Shown: positions 1 through 9,027 of the stretch, piece by piece
How the letters are laid out: the number at the start of each line of letters is the position of its first letter
Numbering within the stretch: position 1 is the first letter of the stretch
Source: Verrucomicrobiota bacterium
GTDB taxonomy: Bacteria; Verrucomicrobiota; Verrucomicrobiia; Limisphaerales; JAXMHQ01
Reading direction: 5' to 3'
Length of the DNA: 64,000 nt
NCBI GenBank assembly: GCA_046346665.1
Contig: JAXMHQ010000027.1
Coordinates: forward strand, 2,299-66,298
The notes under the pieces: generated by a model
Databases searched by the model: none
Told to the model about the DNA's origin: nothing
What the model saw: the letters and a program-made list of their open reading frames with translations, nothing else
Program-made: the position numbers and the translations under genes

Positions 1-911
1 CCTGGTTCGTTTATGTGAACAACGGGAATTCTCCGGCTCAAATCTGGGCCGATGCGAAAGAGCGGGCGCATCAGGAAAGACAGCGCTGGCCGTACGACTG
101 GATGCGGCATCCCGCCTACCCGCTCGAGCGCGGGAGTGTCCACGGCACGCTGAAACTTTTCGACGGCAGCCAGTGCGCGTCCAACGCCCTCATGATCCTG
201 ACCGCCCCGGAACCCGACTGGCAGCTCCAGGTCTTGAATTACATCTTCAGCACGCGCGCGGACGCCCAGGGCCGATTCCACATTCCCGCGGTCCGGCCCG
301 GCGACTACACGCTCTTCGCCGCTGTGCCCGGCGTCACCGACGAGTTCCGCCGCGATAATATCCGCGTCGCCGCAGGCCAGGAACTCGACCTCGGCACGGT
401 GCTCTTCTCGCCCGCCCGCTACCCCGTCCGGCTCTGGCAAATCGGCGAAGCTGACCGCCGCACCTCGGGATTTCGCCTGGCCGACCAACCCCGCCAATAC
501 GGGCTCGATCGACAGGTGCCCGCCGAACTGGTCTACACCGTCGGCGCCAGTTCGCCGTCGAACGACTGGTATTACGCGCAGGCAAAACCGGGCGATTGGA
601 AAATTCTGTTTCAGTCGCAAAAGACCCATACCGGCGAAGGCGTGTTCACACTGGGAATCGCCGGGCAGACGCGCGACCCGGAACTGGAGGTGCGCCTGAA
701 CGGGAAACCAATCGGCTCCTACAAAGGCGGCAACAGCAGCGCTCTCTATCGCAGCGCCGTGCTCGGCAGCAGCTATTACGAAAACAAAATCATCCGCTTC
801 CCCGCCGGCCTCGTCCAGCCGGGCACCAACACCCTCACCCTCCGACTGCTCCGCGGATCGGTGATGTACGACACGCTGAAACTGGAGATCGATGGATCAT
901 CCCGAGACTGA
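1..911 (+). CDS. Rhamnogalacturonan lyase (PL4-like), C-terminal part. The 5' end lies outside the window.
   Basis: The reading frame is open from the window edge (WFVYVNNGNSPAQIW...), in the same frame as ORF 15..911. The C-terminal region resembles PL4 rhamnogalacturonan lyase beta-sandwich domains. Family recognised from memory, not searched. Confidence 0.6.
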   Translation, partial: WFVYVNNGNSPAQIWADAKERAHQERQRWPYDWMRHPAYPLERGSVHGTLKLFDGSQCASNALMILTAPEPDWQLQVLNYIFSTRADAQGRFHIPAVRPGDYTLFAAVPGVTDEFRRDNIRVAAGQELDLGTVLFSPARYPVRLWQIGEADRRTSGFRLADQPRQYGLDRQVPAELVYTVGASSPSNDWYYAQAKPGDWKILFQSQKTHTGEGVFTLGIAGQTRDPELEVRLNGKPIGSYKGGNSSALYRSAVLGSSYYENKIIRFPAGLVQPGTNTLTLRLLRGSVMYDTLKLEIDGSSRD

Positions 912-918
912 ACCAGTG

Positions 919-1152
919 CGAAATGCGGAGCGTGGAGTGAGGCGGCCATCCCTCGGTGGGGCGAGACTCCGTCGAGCCCTGACTGGGCCTTGAGGATTGA
1001 TGGATCAATGGATTGTTGGATTGCTGGATGGCTCCGCGCGACAGTCTTCCCATTTATCCAGGAATCCATTAATCCACCAATCCGTTCGTGGGCTCGACGG
1101 AGTCTGCCCCACCGCCAGGATTCCGCACTCCGCACTCCGCACTCCGCATTTA
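919..1152. repeat. Three-layer nested palindromic element that fills the convergent intergenic gap
   Basis: Outer arms are AAATGCGGAGCGTGGAGTG (921-939) and CACTCCGCACTCCGCATTT (about 1133-1151). Middle arms are GGGGCGAGACTCCGTCGAGCCC (958-979) and its inverted copy (1090-1110, with a 1-nt indel). Inner arms are GGAT-rich (about 995-1030 and 1055-1085). Confidence 0.8.
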
Positions 1153-1154
1153 AC

Positions 1155-3110
1155 CTACCGTCCCTTCAGCTTCAGCACTACGATGCTGTTCGGCGGCAGC
1201 GCGGTGCTGAACGACGGCTGGACGCCCTTCACCGTCCCAGCCTCGGGCACCACGTTGCGCGGGCGCCGGATCGAGTTGGTGTCCTCGGGATTGGCCGACA
1301 GCGTCAGGCTCCGACCTTTCGACTCCAGCGCCGCCACTCCTTCGATCTTCAGATCCACGGTTTCCGCCACCGGATTCGGGTTCACCAGCTTGATGAAGAT
1401 TTCGCCCGTCTTCGAATCGCGCGTCGCCGATCCCTGGACGGCCGAGCCCGTCCAGCTCACCGGCAGGACTTCGTCGCCGATGTTGCGGCTGAACATCTGG
1501 AACGCGTAGTAACTCGGCGATCCGTACGACGTCAGCGCATCGTAGCCGATCATGTCCGGTCGCCACTGGCGCCCGCCCGGGTTCACGTTCACGAACAGCG
1601 GCGCGTAGCAATTCATCAGCACCAGGTCGGCGTTCCGCTCCATCGCCGCCATGAACACCGCGTCGCCCAAAGCCGCCTTGAACGTCGGCGTCGGAGGCTG
1701 TTTCCGCGCCCCCGGCGACCACGGTTTCACATCCCCATCCTCGTGCGCCGCCCATTCGCCCACAAACACCTTCGGCCCGTTCCGGTCATACTTCTTCCCG
1801 TAATCCGGCGACGTCCGGATGAATTCATCGGTCGAACTGTAATAATGCTCGTCCATCATGTCCGGCTTGCGGCTGCGCACCCGGTTGGTCTCCGGCTGAT
1901 CGTAGCCTATCGTTGAAATAAGCTGCAGTTCCGGATACTTCGCCTTGATCGCGTCGTAGAATTGCGCGAACCGCTGGTCGTAACTGCCCGATCGATCGAA
2001 CCAATCCTCGTTGCCGATCTCCACGTACTTCAGCGGGAACGGCGCCGGGTGCCCGTCGCGCGCCCGCGCGGCGCCCCACGCCGTGTTCGTCCCGCCCGCC
2101 ACATACTCGATCTCCTCCAGCGCCTCCTTCACAAACGGCTCCAGGTCCGGGCCCGGATTCACATGCGTGCCCTTCAGGTTGTACCCCGCATACACCGCCA
2201 GCACCGGCTCCGCATTCATGTCCTCGCACCACATCAAAAACTCCATCAGGCCCAGGCCGTCCGACGACCGGTAACCCCACGGACACCGATGCCCCGGGCG
2301 ATTCTCCACCGGACCGATCGTTTTCTTCCAGTCGAACCGCGTCTCCACCGTGTCCCCTTCCACATAATTCCCGCCCGGGAACCGCAGGAATTTCGGGTTC
2401 ATGTCCACCAGCAACTGCATCAGGTCGGGCCGAAACCCGTTGGGCTGATCTTTCCACGTCGGCGGAAACAGGGAAACATAGCCCAGCCGGATCGTGCCCG
2501 GTCGGTCGAGCGTCACCGCCAGCCGCGCCGCCGCGGTCGGCTCCACGCTGCCCGTCTTGAGCGTCAGCTCGTATTTCTTCCAATCGCCGGTCAGCGACGG
2601 AATATTCCCGCTCGCATACACCGTCCGGCCGTCGTCGCTGACGATGGAAACCGTCACCGGCCCGGCAAACCCTTCCTCAGCCCGCGCGATCAGCGTGGCG
2701 CGATACTTGGTCGACGGCTCCACGGGAATCCCCCAGTAACCGCTGTTCGCCACGCCCGCGGGCTGCGCGGCGGACGCCTTCGTCACCGTCACTTTTAAAC
2801 TCGTCGTGAGCGCTTCGTTGCAGGGCGTACCGGGATCGAGCGCGATCGAGGCTTCGCCGCCGCCCGGAATCCAGGCCGACCAGTGGGCGGGCGCCGCCGC
2901 GTCGTCCAGGAACGCGCGGTTCTGCACCAGCTCGGCATACAAGCCGCCGTCGTAGGAATGATTGATCTCTTCCGTCATCAGCCCGTAAAACCCCGGGCTG
3001 ACGCTGCCTGCGGGGTGCCCGGCATCGATGGTGAACGTGGAGTTCGCCGCAAAGGCGGCGGCCGCAGCGAGGGTGAGGGCGAGGAAACTGAGCGCAGTTT
3101 TCATGGTCAA
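1155..3110 (-). CDS. abfA: Alpha-L-arabinofuranosidase, GH51 family, secreted
   Basis: 651-aa ORF with a signal peptide (MTMKTALSFLALTLAAAAAFA). The N-terminus (GFYGLMTEEINHSYDGGLYAELVQNRAF) and the GNEDW / EWA catalytic regions are typical of GH51. Confidence 0.85.
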   Translation of the reverse strand: MTMKTALSFLALTLAAAAAFAANSTFTIDAGHPAGSVSPGFYGLMTEEINHSYDGGLYAELVQNRAFLDDAAAPAHWSAWIPGGGEASIALDPGTPCNEALTTSLKVTVTKASAAQPAGVANSGYWGIPVEPSTKYRATLIARAEEGFAGPVTVSIVSDDGRTVYASGNIPSLTGDWKKYELTLKTGSVEPTAAARLAVTLDRPGTIRLGYVSLFPPTWKDQPNGFRPDLMQLLVDMNPKFLRFPGGNYVEGDTVETRFDWKKTIGPVENRPGHRCPWGYRSSDGLGLMEFLMWCEDMNAEPVLAVYAGYNLKGTHVNPGPDLEPFVKEALEEIEYVAGGTNTAWGAARARDGHPAPFPLKYVEIGNEDWFDRSGSYDQRFAQFYDAIKAKYPELQLISTIGYDQPETNRVRSRKPDMMDEHYYSSTDEFIRTSPDYGKKYDRNGPKVFVGEWAAHEDGDVKPWSPGARKQPPTPTFKAALGDAVFMAAMERNADLVLMNCYAPLFVNVNPGGRQWRPDMIGYDALTSYGSPSYYAFQMFSRNIGDEVLPVSWTGSAVQGSATRDSKTGEIFIKLVNPNPVAETVDLKIEGVAALESKGRSLTLSANPEDTNSIRRPRNVVPEAGTVKGVQPSFSTALPPNSIVVLKLKGR

Positions 3111-3232
3111 TTACAGAAAGGACGCCGGAGGTTTTCACAAGGCCGGCGATGAATTCGGCTCGACCCGATTCGATTACCCGAAATCGCTAAACACCACAAG
3201 TGTTTGTCCGCGTGGAATGCGCGATAAAGAAA

Positions 3233-3311
3233 TGGGGTGGTTGACGGGATTTGAACCCGCGACAGCCAGATCCACAATCTGGGGCTCTAACCAGGCTGAG
3301 CTACAACCACC
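3233..3311 (-). tRNA. tRNA-His (anticodon GTG)
   Basis: A manual cloverleaf fold gives: extra G-1 paired to C73; acceptor GTGGTTG/CAACCAC; D arm GCTC..GAGC; anticodon stem CCAGA/TCTGG with loop TTGTGGA; T arm GCGGG-TTCAAAT-CCCGT; encoded CCA. Confidence 0.9.
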
Positions 3312-3379
3312 GGCCAGACGAACAGCGTAGGGTTCCAGAATCCCCCAGTCAAGCCAGCAGCAGACCTGATCATGCTTAC

Positions 3380-3447
3380 TGCTCACTGATTACAGTTCAC
3401 TGATTACTGATTACCTTTTCAGTAGCCACCGGCCACCGGCCACTGGG
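3380..3447. repeat. Short tandem repeats (CACTGATTA units, then CCACCGG x3)
   Basis: The sequence reads ctcactgattacagttcactgattactgattacc, followed by gccaccggccaccggccac. Confidence 0.7.
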
Positions 3448-3504
3448 TCACTTCATTCTGAAATATGATTTCACCGCCGGTCGGCTCCGGTTACACTCCC
3501 CCCC

Positions 3505-4602
3505 ATGGTCACGCTCGAAGCCAGCAAACCGTTCCGCAACCTCAATCCGGCCGAACGATCCGCGCTTCGGCAGATTGCGCAGGAGCGATCCTTTCCGGCC
3601 GGGCAGGTGATTTTCCAGGAAGGCGAAGGCGGCGACGGCGTTTATGTGGTCAAATCCGGGCGCGTCGAGTTGTCCGTGAAACTCTCGGAACAAGGCAGCC
3701 GCAAGTTCGCCGAAGTCGCGGCCGGCGACATGTTCGGCGAAATGGCCGTGCTCGAACTCAAGCCGCGCACCGCCACCGCCACCGCCGCCGAGGATTCCAT
3801 CGTCTATTTCATCCCGCGCAATGAACTGCTCGTCATGATCGAGCGCTCGCCCGCGTTGTCGCTCGAATTGCTCCGCGAAATCAGCCATCGCCTCCGCGAA
3901 TTCAACCAGCGCTACATCCAGGAAATCCTCCAAACCGAACGCCTCGCCATCATCGGCCGGTTCGCCCGATCCATCGTCCACGACCTCAAAAACCCCCTCA
4001 ACATCATCGGGCTCACCACCGAGGTCATCTGCATGGACAAATCCACCCTGCCCGTCCGACAGCAGGGCATGTCCACCATCCGCAAACAAATCGACCGCGT
4101 GAGCGATATGATCGGCGAGATCCTCGATTTCACCCAGGGTTCCAACGCCCAGGTCATCCTCGCCCTTATGGAATACGGTGCGTTCGTCGACCCGCTCCTC
4201 CAGGAAATCCGGTCCGAAACCGAAATCCGCGGCGTCGCCATCGAAACCGCCCCGCCCCCGCCCGTCCGCGTCCGGCTCGACCCGAAACGCCTGCGGCGCG
4301 TGTTCTACAACCTTATCCATAACGCCACCGACGCCATGCCCGGCGGCGGCCGCATCCAGATCCGCTACCTCGTCGATCAAAATCAACTGGTCACGGAAAT
4401 CCAGGACACCGGGCGCGGCATCGCACCCGAAATCGCGCCGAAACTCTTCGAAGCCTTCGCCTCGTTCGGCAAAGCCCACGGCACCGGCCTCGGCCTGTCC
4501 ATTTGCAAGAAGATCGTCGAGGATCACCAGGGCCGCATTTGGGCCCGCAACGCCCCGGACCACGGCGCCATCTTCTCCTTCACACTCCCCATCGCCCTCT
4601 AG
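3505..4602 (+). CDS. Histidine kinase with an N-terminal cyclic-nucleotide-binding domain
   Basis: cNMP-binding signature (FGEMAVLELKPRTATA). HisKA H-box (SIVHDLKNPLN). HATPase_c G-boxes (DTGRGI, GTGLGLSICKKIV). Confidence 0.85.
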   Translation: MVTLEASKPFRNLNPAERSALRQIAQERSFPAGQVIFQEGEGGDGVYVVKSGRVELSVKLSEQGSRKFAEVAAGDMFGEMAVLELKPRTATATAAEDSIVYFIPRNELLVMIERSPALSLELLREISHRLREFNQRYIQEILQTERLAIIGRFARSIVHDLKNPLNIIGLTTEVICMDKSTLPVRQQGMSTIRKQIDRVSDMIGEILDFTQGSNAQVILALMEYGAFVDPLLQEIRSETEIRGVAIETAPPPPVRVRLDPKRLRRVFYNLIHNATDAMPGGGRIQIRYLVDQNQLVTEIQDTGRGIAPEIAPKLFEAFASFGKAHGTGLGLSICKKIVEDHQGRIWARNAPDHGAIFSFTLPIAL

Positions 4603-4627
4603 CCGCCCAACCCCCGCCGCCGCCCCC

Positions 4628-6538
4628 ATGAACCGCATCCGGCTCCTCCCCGATCACGTGGCCAACCAGATCGCCGCCGGCGAAGTGGTTGAACGCCCCG
4701 CCAGCGTCGTGAAGGAACTGGTCGAAAATGCCCTCGACGCCGGCGCCACCCGCATCCAGGTCGAAATCCAGGCCGGCGGACGCAGCCTCATCCGAGTCAC
4801 GGACGATGGCACGGGCATGAGCCGCGACGACGCGCTGCTCTGCCTCGAACGCCACGCCACCAGCAAAATCAAACAGGCCGAGGACCTCTCCGCCATCGCC
4901 ACCATGGGCTTCCGCGGCGAAGCCCTCCCCAGCATCGCCAGCGTCAGCCGGTTCACCCTCACGACCCGGGAACGCGATTCCGAATCGCCCGAAGCCACCC
5001 AGGTCGTCATCAACGGCGGCAAAATCCTCGAAGTCAAATCCGCCGGCGCCGCCCCCGGCACCTGCATCGAAGCACGACAGTTGTTCTTCAACCTCCCCGC
5101 CCGCCGCAAGTTTCTCCGCAGCGAGGAAACCGAGTCCGCCCACGTCCAGCATTACCTCACCCTCGCCGCCCTCGCCTTTCCCGAGGTCTCTTTCACCTTC
5201 CAAAAAGACGGACGCCTCGTCTGGCAGTTGCCCGCCGCAAAATCCGGCCCCGATATCCCCGCGCGCCTGTCCGCCCTGGGCGAACGACTCCGCGCCATCT
5301 ACGGCGGCGAACAGCGGCTGCTCGCGGTGAATTTCTCCGCCGCAATGACCGTGGCTCCCGAATCCGACGAACCCGGCATCAACCCCGCGCCGCCACCCGC
5401 CCGCGAGTTCCGGCTCTGGGGATTCATCGGCGCGCCCGGCGTGTCCCGGTCCACACGCGAAGACCAGCACCTGTTCGTCAACCGCCGGCCGGTCGAAAAT
5501 CGAGGGCTCAATTTCGCCCTCATGGAAGGCTACCACACCGCCCTCATGAAAGGCCGCTACCCGGTGTGCTGCCTGTTCCTCGAAATCGATCCCGCCGCGG
5601 TCGATGTGAATATTCACCCGGCCAAACGCGAGGTGAAATTTCATCGCGAAGGCGAAGTGCGCCGCCTGACAGCCGAAGCCGTCCGCCAGACGCTCCTGGC
5701 CTTCCATTCTCCCCAGGAATCACCCGCACCCCTTCCTCCCGCGGCGCCGCCGCGTCCCGCCCCGCCGACGCCTCCCGCGCCTGTCGCGCCGCTGCTCCCA
5801 CGATTCCCCGCACCGGCGCCGCTCCCCGCCCCGGCCTCCCAGCCGCCGCTTAAAATGGGCTTCGCACCCTCCACCGCCGCGCCCGCTTCACCTGCCACGG
5901 CAAAACTTGCGCCGCCCCCACCCGCACCCGCCGAGGGGCCCATCCCGCTCCTCAGTGTTCCCCTCAAACTCATCGGCGTGGTCGGCAAACTCTACGTCCT
6001 GCTCGAGTCCGACCGCGGCCTGGTCCTGCTCGACCAGCACGCCGCCCACGAACGCATTTTGTTCGAGCAGATGCTCAACCGCCTCGAACACAGCGGCCAG
6101 GCCGCATCGCAAAAGCTGCTCCTGCCCGAAACCGTCGAACTGTCCGCGCGCGACGCGCAGTTCATCCGGGATCACCTCGCCGTCCTCGTCCGGCTCGGGG
6201 TCGGGCTGGCCGAATTCGGCGAACGCACCTTCCTGCTCGACGCCCTGCCGCCGTTCGTGAAGGTGACGGATCCCCGCCGGTTTGTGCTGGAATTGGTGGA
6301 TGAATTGAAGGCCGCCGGACAACAGGTGAATTCCATCCGGCTCGGCGAACATACCGTCGCCAAAACCGTCTGCCGCCACGCCGTCAAAGCGAACGACCCG
6401 CTCGCCGGGCGCGAATTGGAAAATCTCGTCGAAGACCTCCGCCGCTGCACCATGCCCTACACCTGCCCCCACGGGCGGCCGACGCTCATCGAAATGAATT
6501 ACCGCGAGCTGGAGAAAAAATTCGGCCGCGCCCAGTAA
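4628..6538 (+). CDS. mutL: DNA mismatch repair protein MutL
   Basis: MNRIRLLPDHVANQIAAGEVVERPASVVKELVENALDAGA is the canonical MutL N-terminus, and the C-terminal dimerisation domain is present. The longer ORF from 4178 overlaps the kinase gene and is rejected. Confidence 0.95.
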   Translation: MNRIRLLPDHVANQIAAGEVVERPASVVKELVENALDAGATRIQVEIQAGGRSLIRVTDDGTGMSRDDALLCLERHATSKIKQAEDLSAIATMGFRGEALPSIASVSRFTLTTRERDSESPEATQVVINGGKILEVKSAGAAPGTCIEARQLFFNLPARRKFLRSEETESAHVQHYLTLAALAFPEVSFTFQKDGRLVWQLPAAKSGPDIPARLSALGERLRAIYGGEQRLLAVNFSAAMTVAPESDEPGINPAPPPAREFRLWGFIGAPGVSRSTREDQHLFVNRRPVENRGLNFALMEGYHTALMKGRYPVCCLFLEIDPAAVDVNIHPAKREVKFHREGEVRRLTAEAVRQTLLAFHSPQESPAPLPPAAPPRPAPPTPPAPVAPLLPRFPAPAPLPAPASQPPLKMGFAPSTAAPASPATAKLAPPPPAPAEGPIPLLSVPLKLIGVVGKLYVLLESDRGLVLLDQHAAHERILFEQMLNRLEHSGQAASQKLLLPETVELSARDAQFIRDHLAVLVRLGVGLAEFGERTFLLDALPPFVKVTDPRRFVLELVDELKAAGQQVNSIRLGEHTVAKTVCRHAVKANDPLAGRELENLVEDLRRCTMPYTCPHGRPTLIEMNYRELEKKFGRAQ

Positions 6539-6550
6539 GCCCAAAAAATC

Positions 6551-6618
6551 ATCCGCAGCTCACACAGGTTTCGCAGACTATTGTAAGTCCATCTGCGGAA
6601 TCGGCGCGGTCTGCGGAC
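6551..6618. repeat. Imperfect inverted repeat of CTGCGGA-type modules between convergent mutL and tig
   Basis: ATCCGCAG (6551-6558) faces CTGCGGAA (6593-6600), and there is a further CTGCGGA copy at about 6610. Confidence 0.5.
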
Positions 6619-6653
6619 AACAATGCCCTGAATGATCCCCGGACTCCCGGTGC

Positions 6654-8003
6654 TCACCCCGGGTTCGGCGCGCCGGGCGCCTGCGACAGCGTGCCCGCGG
6701 GCACTTCCTCGATCTTCGCGTGCTGCTGCAGGAATTCGAGCGCCTTTTCGTTCGTCAACTGGTCGTAAATCTCCACGATCCCGTTCCGCTTCTGCAGGTC
6801 CTTGACGAATTTCTCCGGCGGAATCTGGTACATCGCCGCCATGCCCTGGATCCGGCGGATCACTTCCTCCTGCGACACCTTGATGCCTTCCTTCTCGGCG
6901 ATCTTGTGCAGGAGAAAACTCGCCTTCACACGCCCCTTCGCGCCTTGGCTCGCCGCGGAATAAATCTGCTCCTTCTGCTGCTCAATGATGTCGCGCGACA
7001 CTCCCCGCTTCTGGTTCTCGCGGACGATGTCGTAAACGACGTTCTTGGTCTCCGCCGCGACGACGGATTCCGGCAGGTCGAAATTCACCGCGCCCAACAG
7101 CGCCTTGACGAGCTGGTCGCGCAGGTTCCGCGTCTGGCTGTAATTCAGCTCGTTCTCGAGGTCCTTCTTCACGCCTTCGCGAAGTTTCTCGACGCTCTCC
7201 GCGCCGTAAGACTTGGCAAATGCCTCGTCCAGCGCGGGCAACGCCTTCTCCTTCACCTCCACGATTTCCACCTCGTAAACACCCTTCTTGCCCGCAAGCT
7301 GCGGCGTGACGAAATCGGCCGGGAAATCCACCGTCACCGTCCGCTTGTCTCCCGCCTTGGCGCCCTGGAGCTGGTCGCCGAAACCGGGAATGAACGAGCC
7401 CGGCGTCAGTTCCACCCAGAAATTCTTCTGCTCCGTCAGGCCCTTCGCCGTCGGGGCGAGGTCGGTGATCGGTTTGCCGTCGCAGGTGCCGGTGTAATTC
7501 ACCACGGCGATGTCGCCGTTCTGAACCGGGCGCTCCACGGTGTTGTAGCCAACCTGCTGCGCGCGCAGCGTCTCCAGCGCGCGCTCGATGTCCTCGGGCG
7601 TCACGGTCCGCGCCTCGCGCTGCACCGCCAACCCCTTGTACTCCGGCAGCTCAAACGCCGGCGCCGTCTCCACCGTCGCCGCAAATTGCAGCACCTGCCC
7701 GCGACCAAATTGAATCTCCTCAATGTCCGGATACCCCAATACCTCCAGCTTCTGCTCCTTCACCGCGTCCCGATACGCCTCCGATATCAGCTTCTTCTTC
7801 GCCTCTTCCTCAATCTCCTTTTCATAGCGCTTCAGCACCATGTCGCGCGGCGCTTTGCCCGGACGAAACCCCGGCAGCGACGCCTGCTTCTGGAAATCCT
7901 TCCCGATGGCGGCAAACGCCTCGTCCACCGTCTTCACATCAACTTCAACCCGCACCAGCTTCTTGCACGGGGCCAGATTCTCGACACTTACATTCACAGG
8001 CAC
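6654..8003 (-). CDS. tig: Trigger factor
   Basis: Typical trigger-factor sequence (NVSVENLAPCKKLVRVEV..., GFRPGKAPRDMVLKRYEKEI), with FKBP and C-terminal domains. The start is set at a GTG at 8003 or 7997, preceded by GGAAAGG; the ORF-track start at 8081 adds an implausible leader. Confidence 0.9.
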   Translation of the reverse strand: MPVNVSVENLAPCKKLVRVEVDVKTVDEAFAAIGKDFQKQASLPGFRPGKAPRDMVLKRYEKEIEEEAKKKLISEAYRDAVKEQKLEVLGYPDIEEIQFGRGQVLQFAATVETAPAFELPEYKGLAVQREARTVTPEDIERALETLRAQQVGYNTVERPVQNGDIAVVNYTGTCDGKPITDLAPTAKGLTEQKNFWVELTPGSFIPGFGDQLQGAKAGDKRTVTVDFPADFVTPQLAGKKGVYEVEIVEVKEKALPALDEAFAKSYGAESVEKLREGVKKDLENELNYSQTRNLRDQLVKALLGAVNFDLPESVVAAETKNVVYDIVRENQKRGVSRDIIEQQKEQIYSAASQGAKGRVKASFLLHKIAEKEGIKVSQEEVIRRIQGMAAMYQIPPEKFVKDLQKRNGIVEIYDQLTNEKALEFLQQHAKIEEVPAGTLSQAPGAPNPG

Positions 8004-8108
8004 AAAACCTTTCCGTTGATCGCGACCGTTCCGGAGTTGGAACCGATCTTCAGCGAGCCGGTAAAGGTAGAAAAGCCCCAATTTCCAGTCAAGCGCGGGA
8101 TTTTACTC

Positions 8109-8265
8109 AACCACGGATGGACACGGATCAACACGGATGAAAAAGGCTTTGACGCGAATTCTCCCGAATTTTCGTTAATTGGGAAAAATTAGCGGTAATT
8201 CGCGTCAATTCGCGTCAAAAAGGCCTCCGTTTTTCATCCGTGTCCATCCGTGTCCATCCGTGGTT
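8109..8265. repeat. Nested palindromic element (ATCCGTG-type plus AATTCGCGTCA-type modules) in the tig/bioD divergent region
   Basis: The left arm AACCACGGATGGACACGGAT...TGACGCGAATT is mirrored by the right arm AATTCGCGTCA...ATCCGTGTCCATCCGTGTCCATCCGTGGTT. Confidence 0.8.
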
Positions 8266-8319
8266 AAAACAGATTCTTTGCGTGTGTTTCATGCATTTCG
8301 CGGTTATTAAATTCCTTGC

Positions 8320-9006
8320 GTGAACCCAACGACCCTCTTCATCACCGGCACCGACACCGACGCCGGCAAAACGGTCGTCGGCTGCCTGCTCGCCCGGTTT
8401 CTCTCAAACCGCCACCCGCCCCTGGGCGTCTGCAAACCCGTCTGTTCCGGTAATCGCAACGACGCCCGCCACCTGCGCACAGCCGCCGGGGCCACTCAAT
8501 CGCTCGACGAAATAAACCCCTGGCACTTCACCGCCCCGATCGCCCCCGTCCTCGCCGCACGCCGCGAACGCAAATTCGTCCGCCGCCGCGACGTTCTCGC
8601 CCATCTTCGATCGCTCCAGCGCCGGTTTCCCATCCTCATCGTCGAAGGCGCCGGCGGACTGCTCAGCCCGCTCGGCACCGACTTCGATTCGCGCGACCTG
8701 ATCCTCGCCCTGCGCGCCCGGCCAATCCTCGTCTGCCCCGACCGCCTCGGCGCCGTCAACCAGGTCCGCCTCGCCCTCGCCGCCCTCCCGCCCGCCGTCG
8801 CCCGAACAACCCCGGTCGTCCTCTCCGCCTGCCACCCGCCCGATCCCGCCGCGCCTTCCAACGCCCTCCTGCTCCGCGAAATCCTCGGCCCCAACCGGGT
8901 CCACCGCCTCCCGCGCCTGCGCCACCCCCACGACCCCACCCGCCCCGCCCTTCGCCACTTCATCCAAACCCTCGCCACATCCACTCTTAAACTCTTAAAC
9001 TCCTAA
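8320..9006 (+). CDS. bioD: Dethiobiotin synthase
   Basis: GTG start. The N-terminal P-loop LFITGTDTDAGKTVV is typical of BioD. 228 aa. Confidence 0.85.
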   Translation: MNPTTLFITGTDTDAGKTVVGCLLARFLSNRHPPLGVCKPVCSGNRNDARHLRTAAGATQSLDEINPWHFTAPIAPVLAARRERKFVRRRDVLAHLRSLQRRFPILIVEGAGGLLSPLGTDFDSRDLILALRARPILVCPDRLGAVNQVRLALAALPPAVARTTPVVLSACHPPDPAAPSNALLLREILGPNRVHRLPRLRHPHDPTRPALRHFIQTLATSTLKLLNS

Positions 9007-9027
9007 ACTCTTAAACTCCTAAACTCT
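8984..9027. repeat. Tandem octamer array CTCYTAAA (5.5 units)
   Basis: The array reads ctcttaaa ctcttaaa ctcctaaa ctcttaaa ctcctaaa ctct. It contains both the bioD stop (9004-9006) and the stop of the convergent peptidase gene (9011-9013). Confidence 0.9.

Noticed and set aside
4178-4627. N-terminal extensions offered by the ORF track for mutL (from 4178), the small amidohydrolase (to 15620), the acyltransferase (to 21351), the lipoprotein (to 19532), BlaR (from 27502), the NeuD-like gene (from 35234) and carH (from 25678).
   Set aside because: The extensions overlap the upstream gene in another frame and are compositionally non-protein-like. Internal starts give canonical N-termini or signal peptides and ATGA-type coupling to the upstream stop.
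3448-4638. Long ORFs on the opposite strand or in alternative frames of recognised genes. Examples: 3448..4638(-), 12867..15332(+), 15953..17527(+), 21081..22421(+), 22682..24034(-), 34335..35681(-), 47433..48860(-), 55638..58121(-), 60998..62881(+).
   Set aside because: These are typical high-GC shadow ORFs. Their translations are Arg/Gly/Pro/Ala-rich and low in complexity, with no recognisable motifs. Each fully overlaps a gene with clear family signatures.
8984-9027. Possible CRISPR arrays among the many short tandem repeats (8984-9027, 13555-13590, 3380-3447, 62921-63003).
   Set aside because: The units are 7-10 bp and directly abutting, with no spacers of about 30 bp. No cas genes are present in the window.
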